DNA of 64,000 bases from a virus, in the IMG/VR virus record IMGVR_UViG_3300032240_003128; one strand, written 5' to 3'. Made by a program: the position numbers and the translations under genes. The notes beneath the pieces were generated by a model. The model ran no database searches and was not told the DNA's origin. It saw only the letters and a list, made by a program, of their open reading frames with translations. The stretch's first letter is position 1. The number at the start of each line of letters is the position of its first letter. This document shows positions 40,409-50,420 of this stretch, piece after piece.

Positions 40409-40993
40409 ATGTTTAACATTGAGTTTGTTCGTAAGTATATGATTACTGCCAAATTGTTTGGCGAGCTTAAAAATCCATGCTACTCCAGAAAAATTGGAGT
40501 AGTTATTGTTAATGATCGTTTGACAAAAGTCATTAGCATGGGATATAACGGTCCTCCAAGAAATGCGCCTCATTGCGATAGTCCAGAACATCTTAAAACA
40601 ATTTTTCTTCCTCAGCTTACAGAAGAAGATAAATACAAAATAGACCCTAATTTCGATGAAGAAGAATTTATTAAAAATCATGCTTATGAAAAGCAATGTC
40701 CAAGAAAAATTCTTGGATGTAAATCTAGCGAAAGGCTTGAACTATGTTCTTGTGCTCACGCTGAAGCAAATGCTATAGTCAATGCATCTGCTGATTTAAA
40801 TGGATCGCATATGTTTGCATGGTGTACTTTGCCATGTATTGAGTGTACAAAATTAATTATAAATTCTGGAATTAGAAAATTGTTTTGCTTATCTAATAAA
40901 GATAAAGACTATTCTATTGGCAGCAGGTTTCTTTTTGAAAAATGCAGCGTCGATATAGTCGAGCTTGATGAAAAAACCATTTTAGAACACTAG
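40409..40993 (+). CDS. dCMP deaminase
   Basis: GYNG.P, HAEANA, PCIEC. Confidence 0.92.
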   Translation: MFNIEFVRKYMITAKLFGELKNPCYSRKIGVVIVNDRLTKVISMGYNGPPRNAPHCDSPEHLKTIFLPQLTEEDKYKIDPNFDEEEFIKNHAYEKQCPRKILGCKSSERLELCSCAHAEANAIVNASADLNGSHMFAWCTLPCIECTKLIINSGIRKLFCLSNKDKDYSIGSRFLFEKCSVDIVELDEKTILEH

Positions 40994-41001
40994 GTTAATA
41001 T

Positions 41002-41715
41002 ATGTTTGAAGTAGAATTTAAATATTATAAGCAAAAAGAAGATCTAGATTACAACAAAGAGGAGCCGTTTGTTTTCAAAAACAAATTTGGCAAAATCGAT
41101 GAAGATTATCCAAAAGAAAAATTAGCTAAATATATCCTTACGCAATTAGCTCGTCGTGATATTTTCATATACGATCTAGAAATTTATGAATTCACAAAAA
41201 AGAAAGTAAATTTTAAACTTGGTAAAAATGGTTTTTTGATTGCTGGAATCAAGTTTAATAATTCCGATTTAGCTGAAGATTGTAATCTTGAAAATGATGT
41301 TCCAACAGAACCTCAAGCTATTCCAAAAATACAACAACCTGCACCACAGCCACAAAACAAATTTATTAACTTAGCCAATAAGTTTGGTGATTTGAAAAAT
41401 AGAAAAATAATGCGAAAAGTAGCATTTGTTCCGCCATTAAGGATGGATAAATCAAAATTCCCTTATAAGTTCACATTAAACAAAATATATCCTGTTTATT
41501 CTGAAAGATATAATAATAATGGTATTGGTATGTTTATTACTACAACAGATGATAACAATGATGTTTTAGAAGTTATTGATGAATATTTTGTTCCAGCGAA
41601 TACATCGCTTGAGTATGAGAATGAAATGGATGCAGGTAAGCGTGGTAATAATGATTTGTTGAATTGGCAAGGAGACAGATCAACAGGACCGATGATTAAT
41701 TTGAGAGGAAAGTAA
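41002..41715 (+). CDS. Hypothetical protein
   Basis: 237-aa ORF. Confidence 0.75.
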   Translation: MFEVEFKYYKQKEDLDYNKEEPFVFKNKFGKIDEDYPKEKLAKYILTQLARRDIFIYDLEIYEFTKKKVNFKLGKNGFLIAGIKFNNSDLAEDCNLENDVPTEPQAIPKIQQPAPQPQNKFINLANKFGDLKNRKIMRKVAFVPPLRMDKSKFPYKFTLNKIYPVYSERYNNNGIGMFITTTDDNNDVLEVIDEYFVPANTSLEYENEMDAGKRGNNDLLNWQGDRSTGPMINLRGK

Positions 41716-42002
41716 TGAATCAGCGGGAAAAAGATCAAAAAAAGAAAGCTAGAGCGATTGCATCAAGAAAGAAAGTGCTTGCTCGTAGATTGGAAATTAG
41801 AAAAACAAGAAAAGAAGAAATTACATTAGAAAAAGAATTTGAATCTAGGGAATCTAAATATTTAAGCAGAGAAGAGATTACGCAACAATTGGAGCATAAT
41901 CTCAAAATTCTTGAGCAGTATGAAAAATTATTAGCAGAGCAAGACAAGTCGCTTGACAATAGTTCTTTGCCTGATAATAATAGCAGTACACCTATGGTGT
42001 GA
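41715..42002 (+). CDS. Basic coiled-coil hypothetical protein
   Basis: Translationally coupled ORF. Confidence 0.65.
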   Translation: MNQREKDQKKKARAIASRKKVLARRLEIRKTRKEEITLEKEFESRESKYLSREEITQQLEHNLKILEQYEKLLAEQDKSLDNSSLPDNNSSTPMV

Positions 42003-42028
42003 ACCTTTGGGGACAGGTAAAGTCCTTA
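42003..42028 (+). promoter_or_regulatory. H-type RNA pseudoknot in the SSB leader (T4 gene 32-like operator)
   Basis: S1 ACCT/AGGT, L1 1 nt, S2 TGGGGAC/GTCCTTA, L2 AAA; about 40 nt before the ATG. Confidence 0.55.
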
Positions 42029-42067
42029 GCAGTGTGGTGTGTAATACACCCAGAAAGGCAGTTGGTT

Positions 42068-43009
42068 ATGGCAGATTACGAGTTAGACACCCTTGATATT
42101 AACGAAATTGGCAGAGAAGCTAATCGTCTTAACAAGGAACAGACAGCAACAAACGACAATTATGTCAGGATGCCGGAAAAAGATGGATTTGTTTTGATCC
42201 GCATTCTTCCAAAGCTTAAAGGCAAACCATTTTTTCATGCGGTAAGAATTCATCGGCTTGGTGAATATCCAAACGCTAAAACAATTTTTTGCACAAGAGA
42301 ATTGATCAAAACTCCCAAAGGCGAGTTTTGGAAAGCATCTAGCCCAGATCGTGAATGCCCAATTTGCAGAGAATATAATGCAATGTGGGAGAAGTCTAAA
42401 AAGATGCCTCCTTCACAAGCAAAAGTTATTCAGGAACAAGCTCGATCAATTAAGCCTGTTGAACGGTATTACTACAATGCCATTGTTCGATCTCAGCTTA
42501 ATGGCAAAACCAATCAAATTGAAAACAATGTTGGACCCAAGATTTTCTCTTGTGGTAAGACTTTGCACAATATCATTTGTGTTTCAATTTATGGCAATGA
42601 AACTACCGGCAAACGCAAATTAGGTGACGTTGCTAGTCCTGTTAACGGCAGAGATTTTAAGGTTGTTAAGGTGGTTCGTGGTGCCAATGGTTATCCAAAC
42701 TACGATCAATCTTTCTTCGAAGATCCTTCACCTCTTGGAACGAAGGAACAAATCAACAATTGGCTTTCATCTTATCAAGATCTGGAATCGATCCCAGTTT
42801 ATCTGACGATTCAACAGATCGAGGAGGCGATTCATTCGTTTCTTTCGGGAGATGAGCCCGTTGCACAAGTTGCAGCAGAGGCACCAAAGAAAGCAGTATC
42901 GAAAAATGCTGCGCCAAAGGTTGAAGAAGGCTTGCTAGATGACGTTGAAGGTTTGATTGACTCTGATATCGAAGCACAGCTTGGTAATATTGGGTTTGGA
43001 AAGAGGTAA
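42068..43009 (+). CDS. gp32: Single-stranded DNA-binding protein, gp32-like
   Basis: IRILP, CPIC, RYYYN, GRDFK, YPNYDQS.F, acidic C-terminal tail. Confidence 0.85.
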   Translation: MADYELDTLDINEIGREANRLNKEQTATNDNYVRMPEKDGFVLIRILPKLKGKPFFHAVRIHRLGEYPNAKTIFCTRELIKTPKGEFWKASSPDRECPICREYNAMWEKSKKMPPSQAKVIQEQARSIKPVERYYYNAIVRSQLNGKTNQIENNVGPKIFSCGKTLHNIICVSIYGNETTGKRKLGDVASPVNGRDFKVVKVVRGANGYPNYDQSFFEDPSPLGTKEQINNWLSSYQDLESIPVYLTIQQIEEAIHSFLSGDEPVAQVAAEAPKKAVSKNAAPKVEEGLLDDVEGLIDSDIEAQLGNIGFGKR

Positions 43010-43031
43010 ATTTTAATAAATTTTTCAATCT

Positions 43032-43064
43032 AACAGGGAGCCTAAAAAGGCTCCCTGTTTTTTT
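43032..43064 (+). terminator. Rho-independent terminator
   Basis: AACAGGGAGCCT-AAAA-AGGCTCCCTGTT plus T run. Confidence 0.9.
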
Positions 43065-43115
43065 ATTTATTACACTCTATTAGTTTGAGTCAAATTGTTC
43101 TGCATGGAGTTTAGC

Positions 43116-44321
43116 ATGGCTCGTCAAAAGAAAGATTCAGCTTCCCTTGATAATTTATTCACCGATATCGCAAGCGCAACTGGCGCAGAGCTAGTATCCG
43201 AACTTGATCAAGCTCGATATTTTATAGATACAGGCAATTTTGCCATCAATTATTGCTGCTCTGGCAAGTTTTATGGTGGTGGCATCCCCGGTGGCAGATT
43301 GTCTGAAATTTATGGTCCATCAGCATCAAGCAAAAGCCTTATTGGTGCAAACATTCTTGCTGGTATGCAAAGAATGGGTGGCATTGGAGTTATTCTTGAC
43401 ACTGAAAACGCTATCAATGGCGAATTCATTCAGAATGCAACTAAGTGTGATATAAGCAAGTTGCTAAGATACACTCCTGAAACATTAGAAGATTGTTTTA
43501 GCACGATGTATCGTGTCATTAATTATATTCGCAAAGTGAAGAAAATAGAAGTTCCAGTTTGCATTGTTTATGATTCTATTTCTGTTTCACCAAGTGCTAG
43601 AGAATTCAGGGAAACAAAATTGCCTGAAGGATATAGCAAGGCTGATTTTAAACGTATTGTTGGCGGGAACGAACAGCCCGGAGAACGTGCAAAGATTTGT
43701 TCTAAAGAATTAAGAAAACTTAACACTGAAATGGAGCAGAATGATGTTACAGTGGTGGTCCTCAATCAGATTCGTGATAAAATTGGTGTTCTTTACGGTA
43801 ATCCCGAAACTACTGCTGGAGGGGGACAAGGATTGCCATTTTACGCTTCGTTAAGAATGCGTAGTCAAACTCAGAAGAAGATTGAACAAAGCGTTGCCGG
43901 ATCAGCTAAGAAAAAGATTCTTGGCATTAACATTAAGATTCAGAACAAGAAAAACAGATCTTATCGTCCTTTTGTTGAAGTTGATAATATTCCTCTTTAT
44001 TTCGACAGAGGAATGAATCCATTGGGTGGTGCTTTGGGCGCATTGCTGGATTCTGGAAGAATTATTTCGAATGGATCAGGTAATTTCTCAGTAAATCCAG
44101 AATTTACTGATGGCAAAGAAGTTAAATTTAAATCTTCAATGGAAAGAAATGACATCCCAGTGGAGATTGCTCAAGAATATTCTCGAATTCTTGATGCCAC
44201 AGAAGAGCAAATGAAGGAATATTTGCAGTTATATGCAGATGTGATAAATTATAAAGTATCTGGCGAAGTCATCGATGCAGATGATGAATCTGATCTTGAA
44301 GTGGACGATCTTTTAGGATAA
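43116..44321 (+). CDS. uvsX: RecA/UvsX recombinase
   Basis: GGIPGGRLSEIYGPSASSKS, DTE, YDS, NQIR, GG.GLPFYASLR. Confidence 0.92.
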   Translation: MARQKKDSASLDNLFTDIASATGAELVSELDQARYFIDTGNFAINYCCSGKFYGGGIPGGRLSEIYGPSASSKSLIGANILAGMQRMGGIGVILDTENAINGEFIQNATKCDISKLLRYTPETLEDCFSTMYRVINYIRKVKKIEVPVCIVYDSISVSPSAREFRETKLPEGYSKADFKRIVGGNEQPGERAKICSKELRKLNTEMEQNDVTVVVLNQIRDKIGVLYGNPETTAGGGQGLPFYASLRMRSQTQKKIEQSVAGSAKKKILGINIKIQNKKNRSYRPFVEVDNIPLYFDRGMNPLGGALGALLDSGRIISNGSGNFSVNPEFTDGKEVKFKSSMERNDIPVEIAQEYSRILDATEEQMKEYLQLYADVINYKVSGEVIDADDESDLEVDDLLG

Positions 44322-44335
44322 TCGAGGTAAAGATC

Positions 44336-44809
44336 ATGACACCGTCTTATGTCATGCTTAAATGTCCTGATGGCAAAAGCATCGTGACAAGTTATAACAA
44401 CTTGTTGTCTTTGTCAGAATTTATCGATTGTTTCAACATTAAAGTTGAAAGTTGCAAAATAGATGATATGGAAAACGCTGTTAGTTTAGAGGAAATTGCA
44501 AATATATTTTGCGATTCCAATTATGTTAAAAATTCTACTATTGCTGTAGAAACATCAGAAACGCCTGATAATAATATGACGAAAGACAAATCTTCTCGTT
44601 ATATCAGAAACAAAATCAAAGAAACAATACTTGAGAAGAAAGAAATATCTTTCTCTCAAATTTGTAAAATGTTTTCTAACTTTAACTATTCTGTTCCCGG
44701 TTTAAATAATAATTTTAAAATTGCTCGTCAAGAACTAGAATCTGATGGATACAATTGCGTTCGGTTAAAACGAGGTGTTTATCGTTTAGAAGGACGAAAT
44801 AATGAATGA
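44336..44809 (+). CDS. Hypothetical protein, possible C-terminal winged helix
   Basis: 157-aa ORF ending ...RLKRGVYRL. Confidence 0.65.
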   Translation: MTPSYVMLKCPDGKSIVTSYNNLLSLSEFIDCFNIKVESCKIDDMENAVSLEEIANIFCDSNYVKNSTIAVETSETPDNNMTKDKSSRYIRNKIKETILEKKEISFSQICKMFSNFNYSVPGLNNNFKIARQELESDGYNCVRLKRGVYRLEGRNNE

Positions 44810-45290
44810 ACAAGTGTTTGTTAATCGATTAGAAGGATTAAAAGAAGCAGTAAAATATGGCAGACTAATGGGTCATGTCCTTCAAGAGTATTCATCTTTA
44901 AAAGGTAATCCAGATCTTGAAATATCTACAAAAGAGTTTAAAACTTGGATATTTAACATTGATGGTTATGATGTCCAATTTTATTTTAATCGGGTAGAAA
45001 CAGATTACTTTGAAACAGAAAGAAATATAATTGAAACTTTGCAAATTTGGTCTGATGATTTATATTTTTTGCCATTTGTTGTATCTTTCAAGATAGCAAT
45101 GGCTTTTTTTGGTGATGGAGGAATGATATTAACGCAAATTTTAACGCCTAACAGATTTATTTATTGTTGGACTAAAATGTATGATGAAGAAAATAATACC
45201 TTGTCTCCAGTCAAAGGATCATGCTTAAATAAAAGTTTTTTAGGACACAAATACTATCTTATTAAAGACGTGCCTACATTTGTTGAATAA
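44802..45290 (+). CDS. Hypothetical protein
   Basis: Coupled 162-aa ORF. Confidence 0.7.
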   Translation: MNEQVFVNRLEGLKEAVKYGRLMGHVLQEYSSLKGNPDLEISTKEFKTWIFNIDGYDVQFYFNRVETDYFETERNIIETLQIWSDDLYFLPFVVSFKIAMAFFGDGGMILTQILTPNRFIYCWTKMYDEENNTLSPVKGSCLNKSFLGHKYYLIKDVPTFVE

Positions 45291-45354
45291 TATCTGACGT
45301 TAGAGTTATAAATATATTAACTCCTCCGGAGCAGCAATAAAATGCTGATTAAAA

Positions 45355-45672
45355 ATGACAAATAAAAAGCCTTCCACCAATAGGATTCAATCATCTTTAA
45401 TAAAACATTTAGAAAAATATGGAATAATTCAATTACAATTACCTGATAATTTTGTTTTAGAGGTAGGGATTAATAACGACGACGATGATTCTGGCAATGC
45501 CAAAAAAACAGAAAATTATTGTTATGTGATTGTTAAAAATGACATTAGAGCAACAGTTATCGACAAATATAATATTGGTATTCGTTGTGAGGATAGTGAA
45601 AAGTCTGTTATTCTGGAAGATAAATTTGTTGATAATGATGGTAATAAAGTTCGATCTATAAATGTTGTTTAA
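45355..45672 (+). CDS. Hypothetical protein
   Basis: 105-aa ORF; TATAAATA (T4 late consensus) upstream near 45307. Confidence 0.7.
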   Translation: MTNKKPSTNRIQSSLIKHLEKYGIIQLQLPDNFVLEVGINNDDDDSGNAKKTENYCYVIVKNDIRATVIDKYNIGIRCEDSEKSVILEDKFVDNDGNKVRSINVV

Positions 45673-45696
45673 TAACTAATTTAGATTGGGTTTCCA

Positions 45697-45978
45697 ATGT
45701 TGTTCGAGGACTTTACTGTGAAAAAAAATCCATCTTTTTTTGTTAAGATGAGCGATTACGATTTGATATACATCTATACGAGGCTTTTGCATCGTTATCA
45801 AGATGATTTGTCTCAAGCTTTTGATTTAATATGTAAGAAATTTTTAGATATAAATGAATACTTGACAAATGTTGATTGTTCATCTGATTTTCATGCTAAT
45901 TTAGAATTTTTAACTGATTTTGTTTTTATTGAAGTCAAACGTCGAAAAATTGCAGACCCAGTTCTAAACCCGCTCTAA
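45697..45978 (+). CDS. Hypothetical protein
   Basis: 93-aa ORF followed by a terminator. Confidence 0.65.
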   Translation: MLFEDFTVKKNPSFFVKMSDYDLIYIYTRLLHRYQDDLSQAFDLICKKFLDINEYLTNVDCSSDFHANLEFLTDFVFIEVKRRKIADPVLNPL

Positions 45979-46003
45979 GGGGGTGATTTCTAGGGTTGGA
46001 ACT

Positions 46004-46033
46004 ATAGCCCACCGGAAACGGTGGGCTATTTTT
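46004..46033 (+). terminator. Rho-independent terminator
   Basis: ATAGCCCACCG-GAAA-CGGTGGGCTAT plus TTTT. Confidence 0.9.
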
Positions 46034-46037
46034 AAAT

Positions 46038-46065
46038 TTGACACAGCATCCGGTGTAGATATAAT
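46038..46065 (+). promoter_or_regulatory. Consensus sigma70 promoter
   Basis: TTGACA-16-TATAAT; predicted start site falls near ATG 46073. Confidence 0.75.
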
Positions 46066-46072
46066 AATGGAC

Positions 46073-47854
46073 ATGATTATCACAATCGAAGAGACTGAAG
46101 AAAAAAATTCTTCCTTGTTTTTGCATTACAAATACCCATTTGAAAAATTTAATGTTGTTCAAAGCACAGTCTTCGAACATTATCAATCTTCAAATAATTT
46201 TATTATCGCTTCTGCTACAAACAGCGGAAAAACTGTTATGGCAGAATTTTTTCTATTTGATGCTTTAATTGAAAAAAAGAAAAAAGCTATTTACCTGTGT
46301 CCTCTTAAATCTCTTGCCTCTGAAAAGTATACTGCTTGGTCTGATGAGTCTCATCCTTTCCATAAGAGCAAAATTAGACTTATGTCTGGGGATGAGGAAA
46401 AAACACATAGCGGCAATCTTATCGTAGCCACCATTGAAAGCTTTTGCCATAAGGTCAGGACTGAGCCAAGTTGTTTTGATGATGTAGAAGTCATTGTTGT
46501 AGATGAAGCGCATATGCTTGGAACTGATGATCGTGGAGCTACTCTTGAGTTCGCTTTGACAGAGTTTTCAAGAAAAAACAGTTCTAAGATAGTTTTTTTA
46601 AGCGGAACGCTGCCTAATGCCAATCAAATAGCAGAATGGTTGTCCATATTAAATAAAAGAAAAACAATGGTTCTTAACTCAAAGTATAGAGCCGTTCCAC
46701 TTGATGTTCATTATAGAAAATATGACACTTCTCTAAATCAAGGACCAAATCCTGTTGATATGTTTGACTCAATAGTCAAAATTTGTGAAAAGAATATTTC
46801 TGACAAAATACTTATATTCGTACATTCTAAAAACTTAGGCAAAAGATTAGTCAAGTATGTTGTAGAAAGAGGATTAGAAGCTAAATTTCATTCTGCTGAT
46901 CTTGCTGCGGGTAAAAGAAAATCATTAGAAAAAGAATTCAAAGATGGCTCTTTAAGATTACTTGTTGCAACAAGCACACTTGCTGCTGGTGTCAATTTAC
47001 CAGCTAGAAGAGTAATCATTGCTGGAGTTGTCAGAGGAAACCAATTAGTAGAAAAGTCTGAAATATTTCAAATGATTGGTCGTAGTGGCAGGAAAGGAAT
47101 CGATGATCAGGGTGATGCTTATATATTTTTCCCTGACAATAAGATTAGCTTGGCTAATGAGTACAAAAAAGTCGATAACATTTCTTCAAAATTGTTTTTG
47201 ATAAACGATGATCTTGAGTACCACAAACTTGCTGGTCATATTCTCGCTTTAATTCACTTAGAGAAAAAACTTAGTTTTGACAAAATATGGAGTGTGCTTT
47301 GCAACACACTAGGTGCTTGTTCAGGCAAAATTAAATCTGATTATTTGAAAAATACACTAGATCGTTTAGTTAACATGAAATTTATTGAGCTTGTTGATGG
47401 TGACTACAAAATAAAAAAACTTGGAATTCCAAGCGTATTGTTTTTTATTGATCCTTACGATTTAAACGTCTGGGTTAAAAACTTCTCTCGTTATTTTGCG
47501 GGATCTTCAAGAAAAGATTCTTTGGTAACTTATTATCTTTCTTTAATCCCATCTAATATGAAGTCGTTCATCACAGAAGAAGAAAAATTATTTTGCATGC
47601 AATACGCTGACAGACTTAGAGAATTGCTTGGTCCTAATTTTATCGAGACAACAGCTATTAAGAATGGATATCTTTATTATTGCATGCTGAATAATAGATC
47701 AACAGGTATATTATCACCTATGATTCCTGCTATTGTTAAGGATTTTGGCAGGATATGTGCTTGTTTGAATATGGTGTCAAAAATTTGCCAATGGAAATGC
47801 GAACATAATTTCTTCATTGGTTTGAAAGAAAGATTTCATCGTAAAAAAGTTTAA
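46073..47854 (+). CDS. Ski2/Hel308-like SF2 helicase
   Basis: FNVVQ, ATNSGKT, DEAH, LSGT, TSTLAAGVNLPARRV, QMIGRSGR; start moved past the terminator and promoter. Confidence 0.88.
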   Translation: MIITIEETEEKNSSLFLHYKYPFEKFNVVQSTVFEHYQSSNNFIIASATNSGKTVMAEFFLFDALIEKKKKAIYLCPLKSLASEKYTAWSDESHPFHKSKIRLMSGDEEKTHSGNLIVATIESFCHKVRTEPSCFDDVEVIVVDEAHMLGTDDRGATLEFALTEFSRKNSSKIVFLSGTLPNANQIAEWLSILNKRKTMVLNSKYRAVPLDVHYRKYDTSLNQGPNPVDMFDSIVKICEKNISDKILIFVHSKNLGKRLVKYVVERGLEAKFHSADLAAGKRKSLEKEFKDGSLRLLVATSTLAAGVNLPARRVIIAGVVRGNQLVEKSEIFQMIGRSGRKGIDDQGDAYIFFPDNKISLANEYKKVDNISSKLFLINDDLEYHKLAGHILALIHLEKKLSFDKIWSVLCNTLGACSGKIKSDYLKNTLDRLVNMKFIELVDGDYKIKKLGIPSVLFFIDPYDLNVWVKNFSRYFAGSSRKDSLVTYYLSLIPSNMKSFITEEEKLFCMQYADRLRELLGPNFIETTAIKNGYLYYCMLNNRSTGILSPMIPAIVKDFGRICACLNMVSKICQWKCEHNFFIGLKERFHRKKV

Positions 47855-47890
47855 TCATGCTCTCTTAGTTAAAGGCTTTGAGGGAATATC

Positions 47891-48514
47891 ATGTTGATGG
47901 AAAAGTTTTACACAGGACGGCAAACAAAGCCTAAATTGATTAAATTTACCCATAACGATTTAGAAAAGATTGCTTATAAGGTTTGCATAGAACCTGATGA
48001 ATATAAAATATGTGTTGAAAGTGCAAGCAATATGTGGGCTAACAAAAAAAAGGGATCATATGGTAAAGGATTAGTTAATACTGAAGATGATCCTTATAAG
48101 ACTGAAAGAACTGGAAAATTGGGAGAAATGGCTTTTTCTAAACTCTTTCAATTTCCTGTTGATTTGACTTATCGGGAAGGTGGAGATGATCAAGATTTCA
48201 TTTGTAACGGAATGAAATTGAATATCAAAACCAGTACAAAAAAGCCTTGGTATATGGCTGGCTTGGTTACTGCTGGGCATTATCGAGGATCTAATTTCGT
48301 TCCTTTGGAGATCAAACACGATTATTATGTGTTTGGTTACATTGAAATGGAAGACAAAAAAGCCAATACTGCTTCAATAGTTTTTGTTGGCGGATGTGAC
48401 AAAAAAACATTGATTAACAGAGAAGTTAAAAGAGCAATCAAAGGTTCACATATGAATTATCAAATTCCTTATTCGGAATTGGTAGATATTGATAAAGTTA
48501 GTTTCAATCAGTAG
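47891..48514 (+). CDS. PD-(D/E)XK nuclease-like protein
   Basis: GKLGEMAF...DQDF...NIKT. Confidence 0.55.
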   Translation: MLMEKFYTGRQTKPKLIKFTHNDLEKIAYKVCIEPDEYKICVESASNMWANKKKGSYGKGLVNTEDDPYKTERTGKLGEMAFSKLFQFPVDLTYREGGDDQDFICNGMKLNIKTSTKKPWYMAGLVTAGHYRGSNFVPLEIKHDYYVFGYIEMEDKKANTASIVFVGGCDKKTLINREVKRAIKGSHMNYQIPYSELVDIDKVSFNQ

Positions 48515-48743
48515 GTTTGCCAAAGAAGTTTTCTGGATATTCCATCTTAACGATTTTTTCTCCTTTGACTTCTTCTTCCCAAAATCGTACCTGTTCCACA
48601 GATACACCTAATTCAATATAATGACATTTATCATTTGGATTTACAGGCATATTAACACTTTTTCCGTTATGTAATATGTTTACTTTGCAAATATTTTCTT
48701 TTTTATCAAAGCAAAAACAGTTCTTGCATTTCTTCTTGCTCAT
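48504..48743 (-). CDS. Small Cys-rich protein
   Basis: CKNC..C..C. Confidence 0.65.
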   Translation of the reverse strand: MSKKKCKNCFCFDKKENICKVNILHNGKSVNMPVNPNDKCHYIELGVSVEQVRFWEEEVKGEKIVKMEYPENFFGKPTD

Positions 48744-48757
48744 ACTATAATAGAGTC

Positions 48758-49390
48758 ATGAAAAACATCATTGTTGGATTATTTGGACAGGCAGCATCTG
48801 GCAAAGATACAGTCGCAGCAATGCTTGCTCCACGGTTGTGGGAATATATTGATTACGACAGACCTCTTGTTACAAAAATTGCTTTTGCATACAATGTGAA
48901 GAAAATATTTTGTGATTACTTTGACGTTGGTTTTGATTTTATTGAAGAATGGAAAAGAAATCCTGAACCTCCTCCCGGTTTTTCAATGAATGTCAGACAG
49001 GCTTTACAAATGATTGGTGATGGATTTAGAAAAGTTAAAAATTCTGTTTGGATCGACAAAGTTTTGAATAGAATGCAAAATGTAATCATCACAGATGGTC
49101 GTTATCTTAACGAAGCTAAAGCAATTAAGGAAAAAGATGGTATTGTGATTCTTATTGATCGTCCCAGTCATCGTAATGCTGATCAGAACGATAGTGAAAA
49201 GATTATGGGAGAAGTGTCAGATTATTTTGGAAATAAAGATGTGAATGGAATTGTTTCTGATAGTAATTATCCTATGTTTGATTATTACATAAAAAATGAT
49301 AGCAGCATTTCAAATCTAGAAGAGAAGATAATACAACAATTGATTCCTTTCATTGTTGAAAAGTTTGAATTAAAAGGATATGAATATTAA
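48758..49390 (+). CDS. Deoxynucleoside monophosphate kinase (T4 gp1-like)
   Basis: GQAASGKDT, RQALQ.IG, ITDGRY.NE. Confidence 0.85.
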   Translation: MKNIIVGLFGQAASGKDTVAAMLAPRLWEYIDYDRPLVTKIAFAYNVKKIFCDYFDVGFDFIEEWKRNPEPPPGFSMNVRQALQMIGDGFRKVKNSVWIDKVLNRMQNVIITDGRYLNEAKAIKEKDGIVILIDRPSHRNADQNDSEKIMGEVSDYFGNKDVNGIVSDSNYPMFDYYIKNDSSISNLEEKIIQQLIPFIVEKFELKGYEY

Positions 49391-49424
49391 TTCACAATCT
49401 ATTATTGTTGAAAAACAAATAAAT

Positions 49425-50396
49425 TTATCCGTAATTTGCTCGTGTATTTGGACTTCCTGTTTTTACAACTCGATCATAAGCATCCATTAATTCTTTATAA
49501 ATTTCAGATTTTTTAGATTCGGTATTTACACGGTAATAAAAATCTAACAGACTATCAATATCAGTATTTTTGCTTCTCAAATCACTTATAAGTACCTCAG
49601 AAGCAGCCAATAAAAGTTTAATTTGGTGAGAGCTAGAATTTTTTTCTTTTGCAAACGCATTGCACCATTCATCATTATTAAGAATATAATGAAAAATTCT
49701 TTTTTCATCTTCTGGCAAAAAAGCAACAAGTTGCTTTGCATATTCTTTCAAACGATCTACAGTTAAATCAGCTATTTTAAACAATGATTCTTTGCTCATA
49801 TAATTTTTTATTGCTGCAAGACGCACACCCATTTCTCTGGGATCGTTTAAATATTGAAACCAAGCACTCGAACCTTTTTTGGTATCATCTTGTTGTCCCG
49901 GAGGAAAAAAACGAACTGCACCTTGGCTTCTATTAAAGGGGGTTTCGCCTTGTTGAGTTGTATGTCGTAATTCGTGAGCTAATGTTTCTGCTCCATCTTT
50001 TGTTAATTTTCCATCTGATGTGGGAGTAGGAAGTTCAGCAAAAGCATTATTAGGCATAACCATAGTTTTTGAACTTCTGTTAAAATATGCTCTAGTACTT
50101 GCTCCCATAACTCTTGTCAATCCGCTTCTTGTCACAACAAGCATTCTTACTGGTTTGTCAAAAAATTCTTTAGATGTTGCAAATCCTATATCTCCCTGAC
50201 TAGGTTGTTGTAATTTATTAAAATCTGCATCCCATTTTTTAACGTCAAATTGCGCATTTCTTATCAGTTGTTTTGGTATTACATTTTTTTGAATTATTAT
50301 TTCATCAGGTCTATATTCTAGATTATTTTGTTCATCTTGTTGTTCTGTAAAATATCGTGGATAATTTGTTTTTAACCATTCAGCAAAATTTTTCAT
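49425..50396 (-). CDS. Zincin-like metallopeptidase with CTS-like N-terminus
   Basis: MKNFAEWL..YFTE|; LAHELRHTTQ and YLNDPRE. Confidence 0.7.
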   Translation of the reverse strand: MKNFAEWLKTNYPRYFTEQQDEQNNLEYRPDEIIIQKNVIPKQLIRNAQFDVKKWDADFNKLQQPSQGDIGFATSKEFFDKPVRMLVVTRSGLTRVMGASTRAYFNRSSKTMVMPNNAFAELPTPTSDGKLTKDGAETLAHELRHTTQQGETPFNRSQGAVRFFPPGQQDDTKKGSSAWFQYLNDPREMGVRLAAIKNYMSKESLFKIADLTVDRLKEYAKQLVAFLPEDEKRIFHYILNNDEWCNAFAKEKNSSSHQIKLLLAASEVLISDLRSKNTDIDSLLDFYYRVNTESKKSEIYKELMDAYDRVVKTGSPNTRANYG

Positions 50397-50420
50397 TTTA
50401 TCACCTATCATATTTATGAT

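Noticed and set aside
25812-44321. Inteins or introns in nrdJ, the helicases, polymerase or recA
   Set aside because: Lengths are normal or short, and no splicing motifs or interruptions are seen.
45983-46072. N-terminal extension of the Ski2-like helicase given in the ORF track
   Set aside because: It spans a terminator and a consensus promoter, so the true start is downstream.
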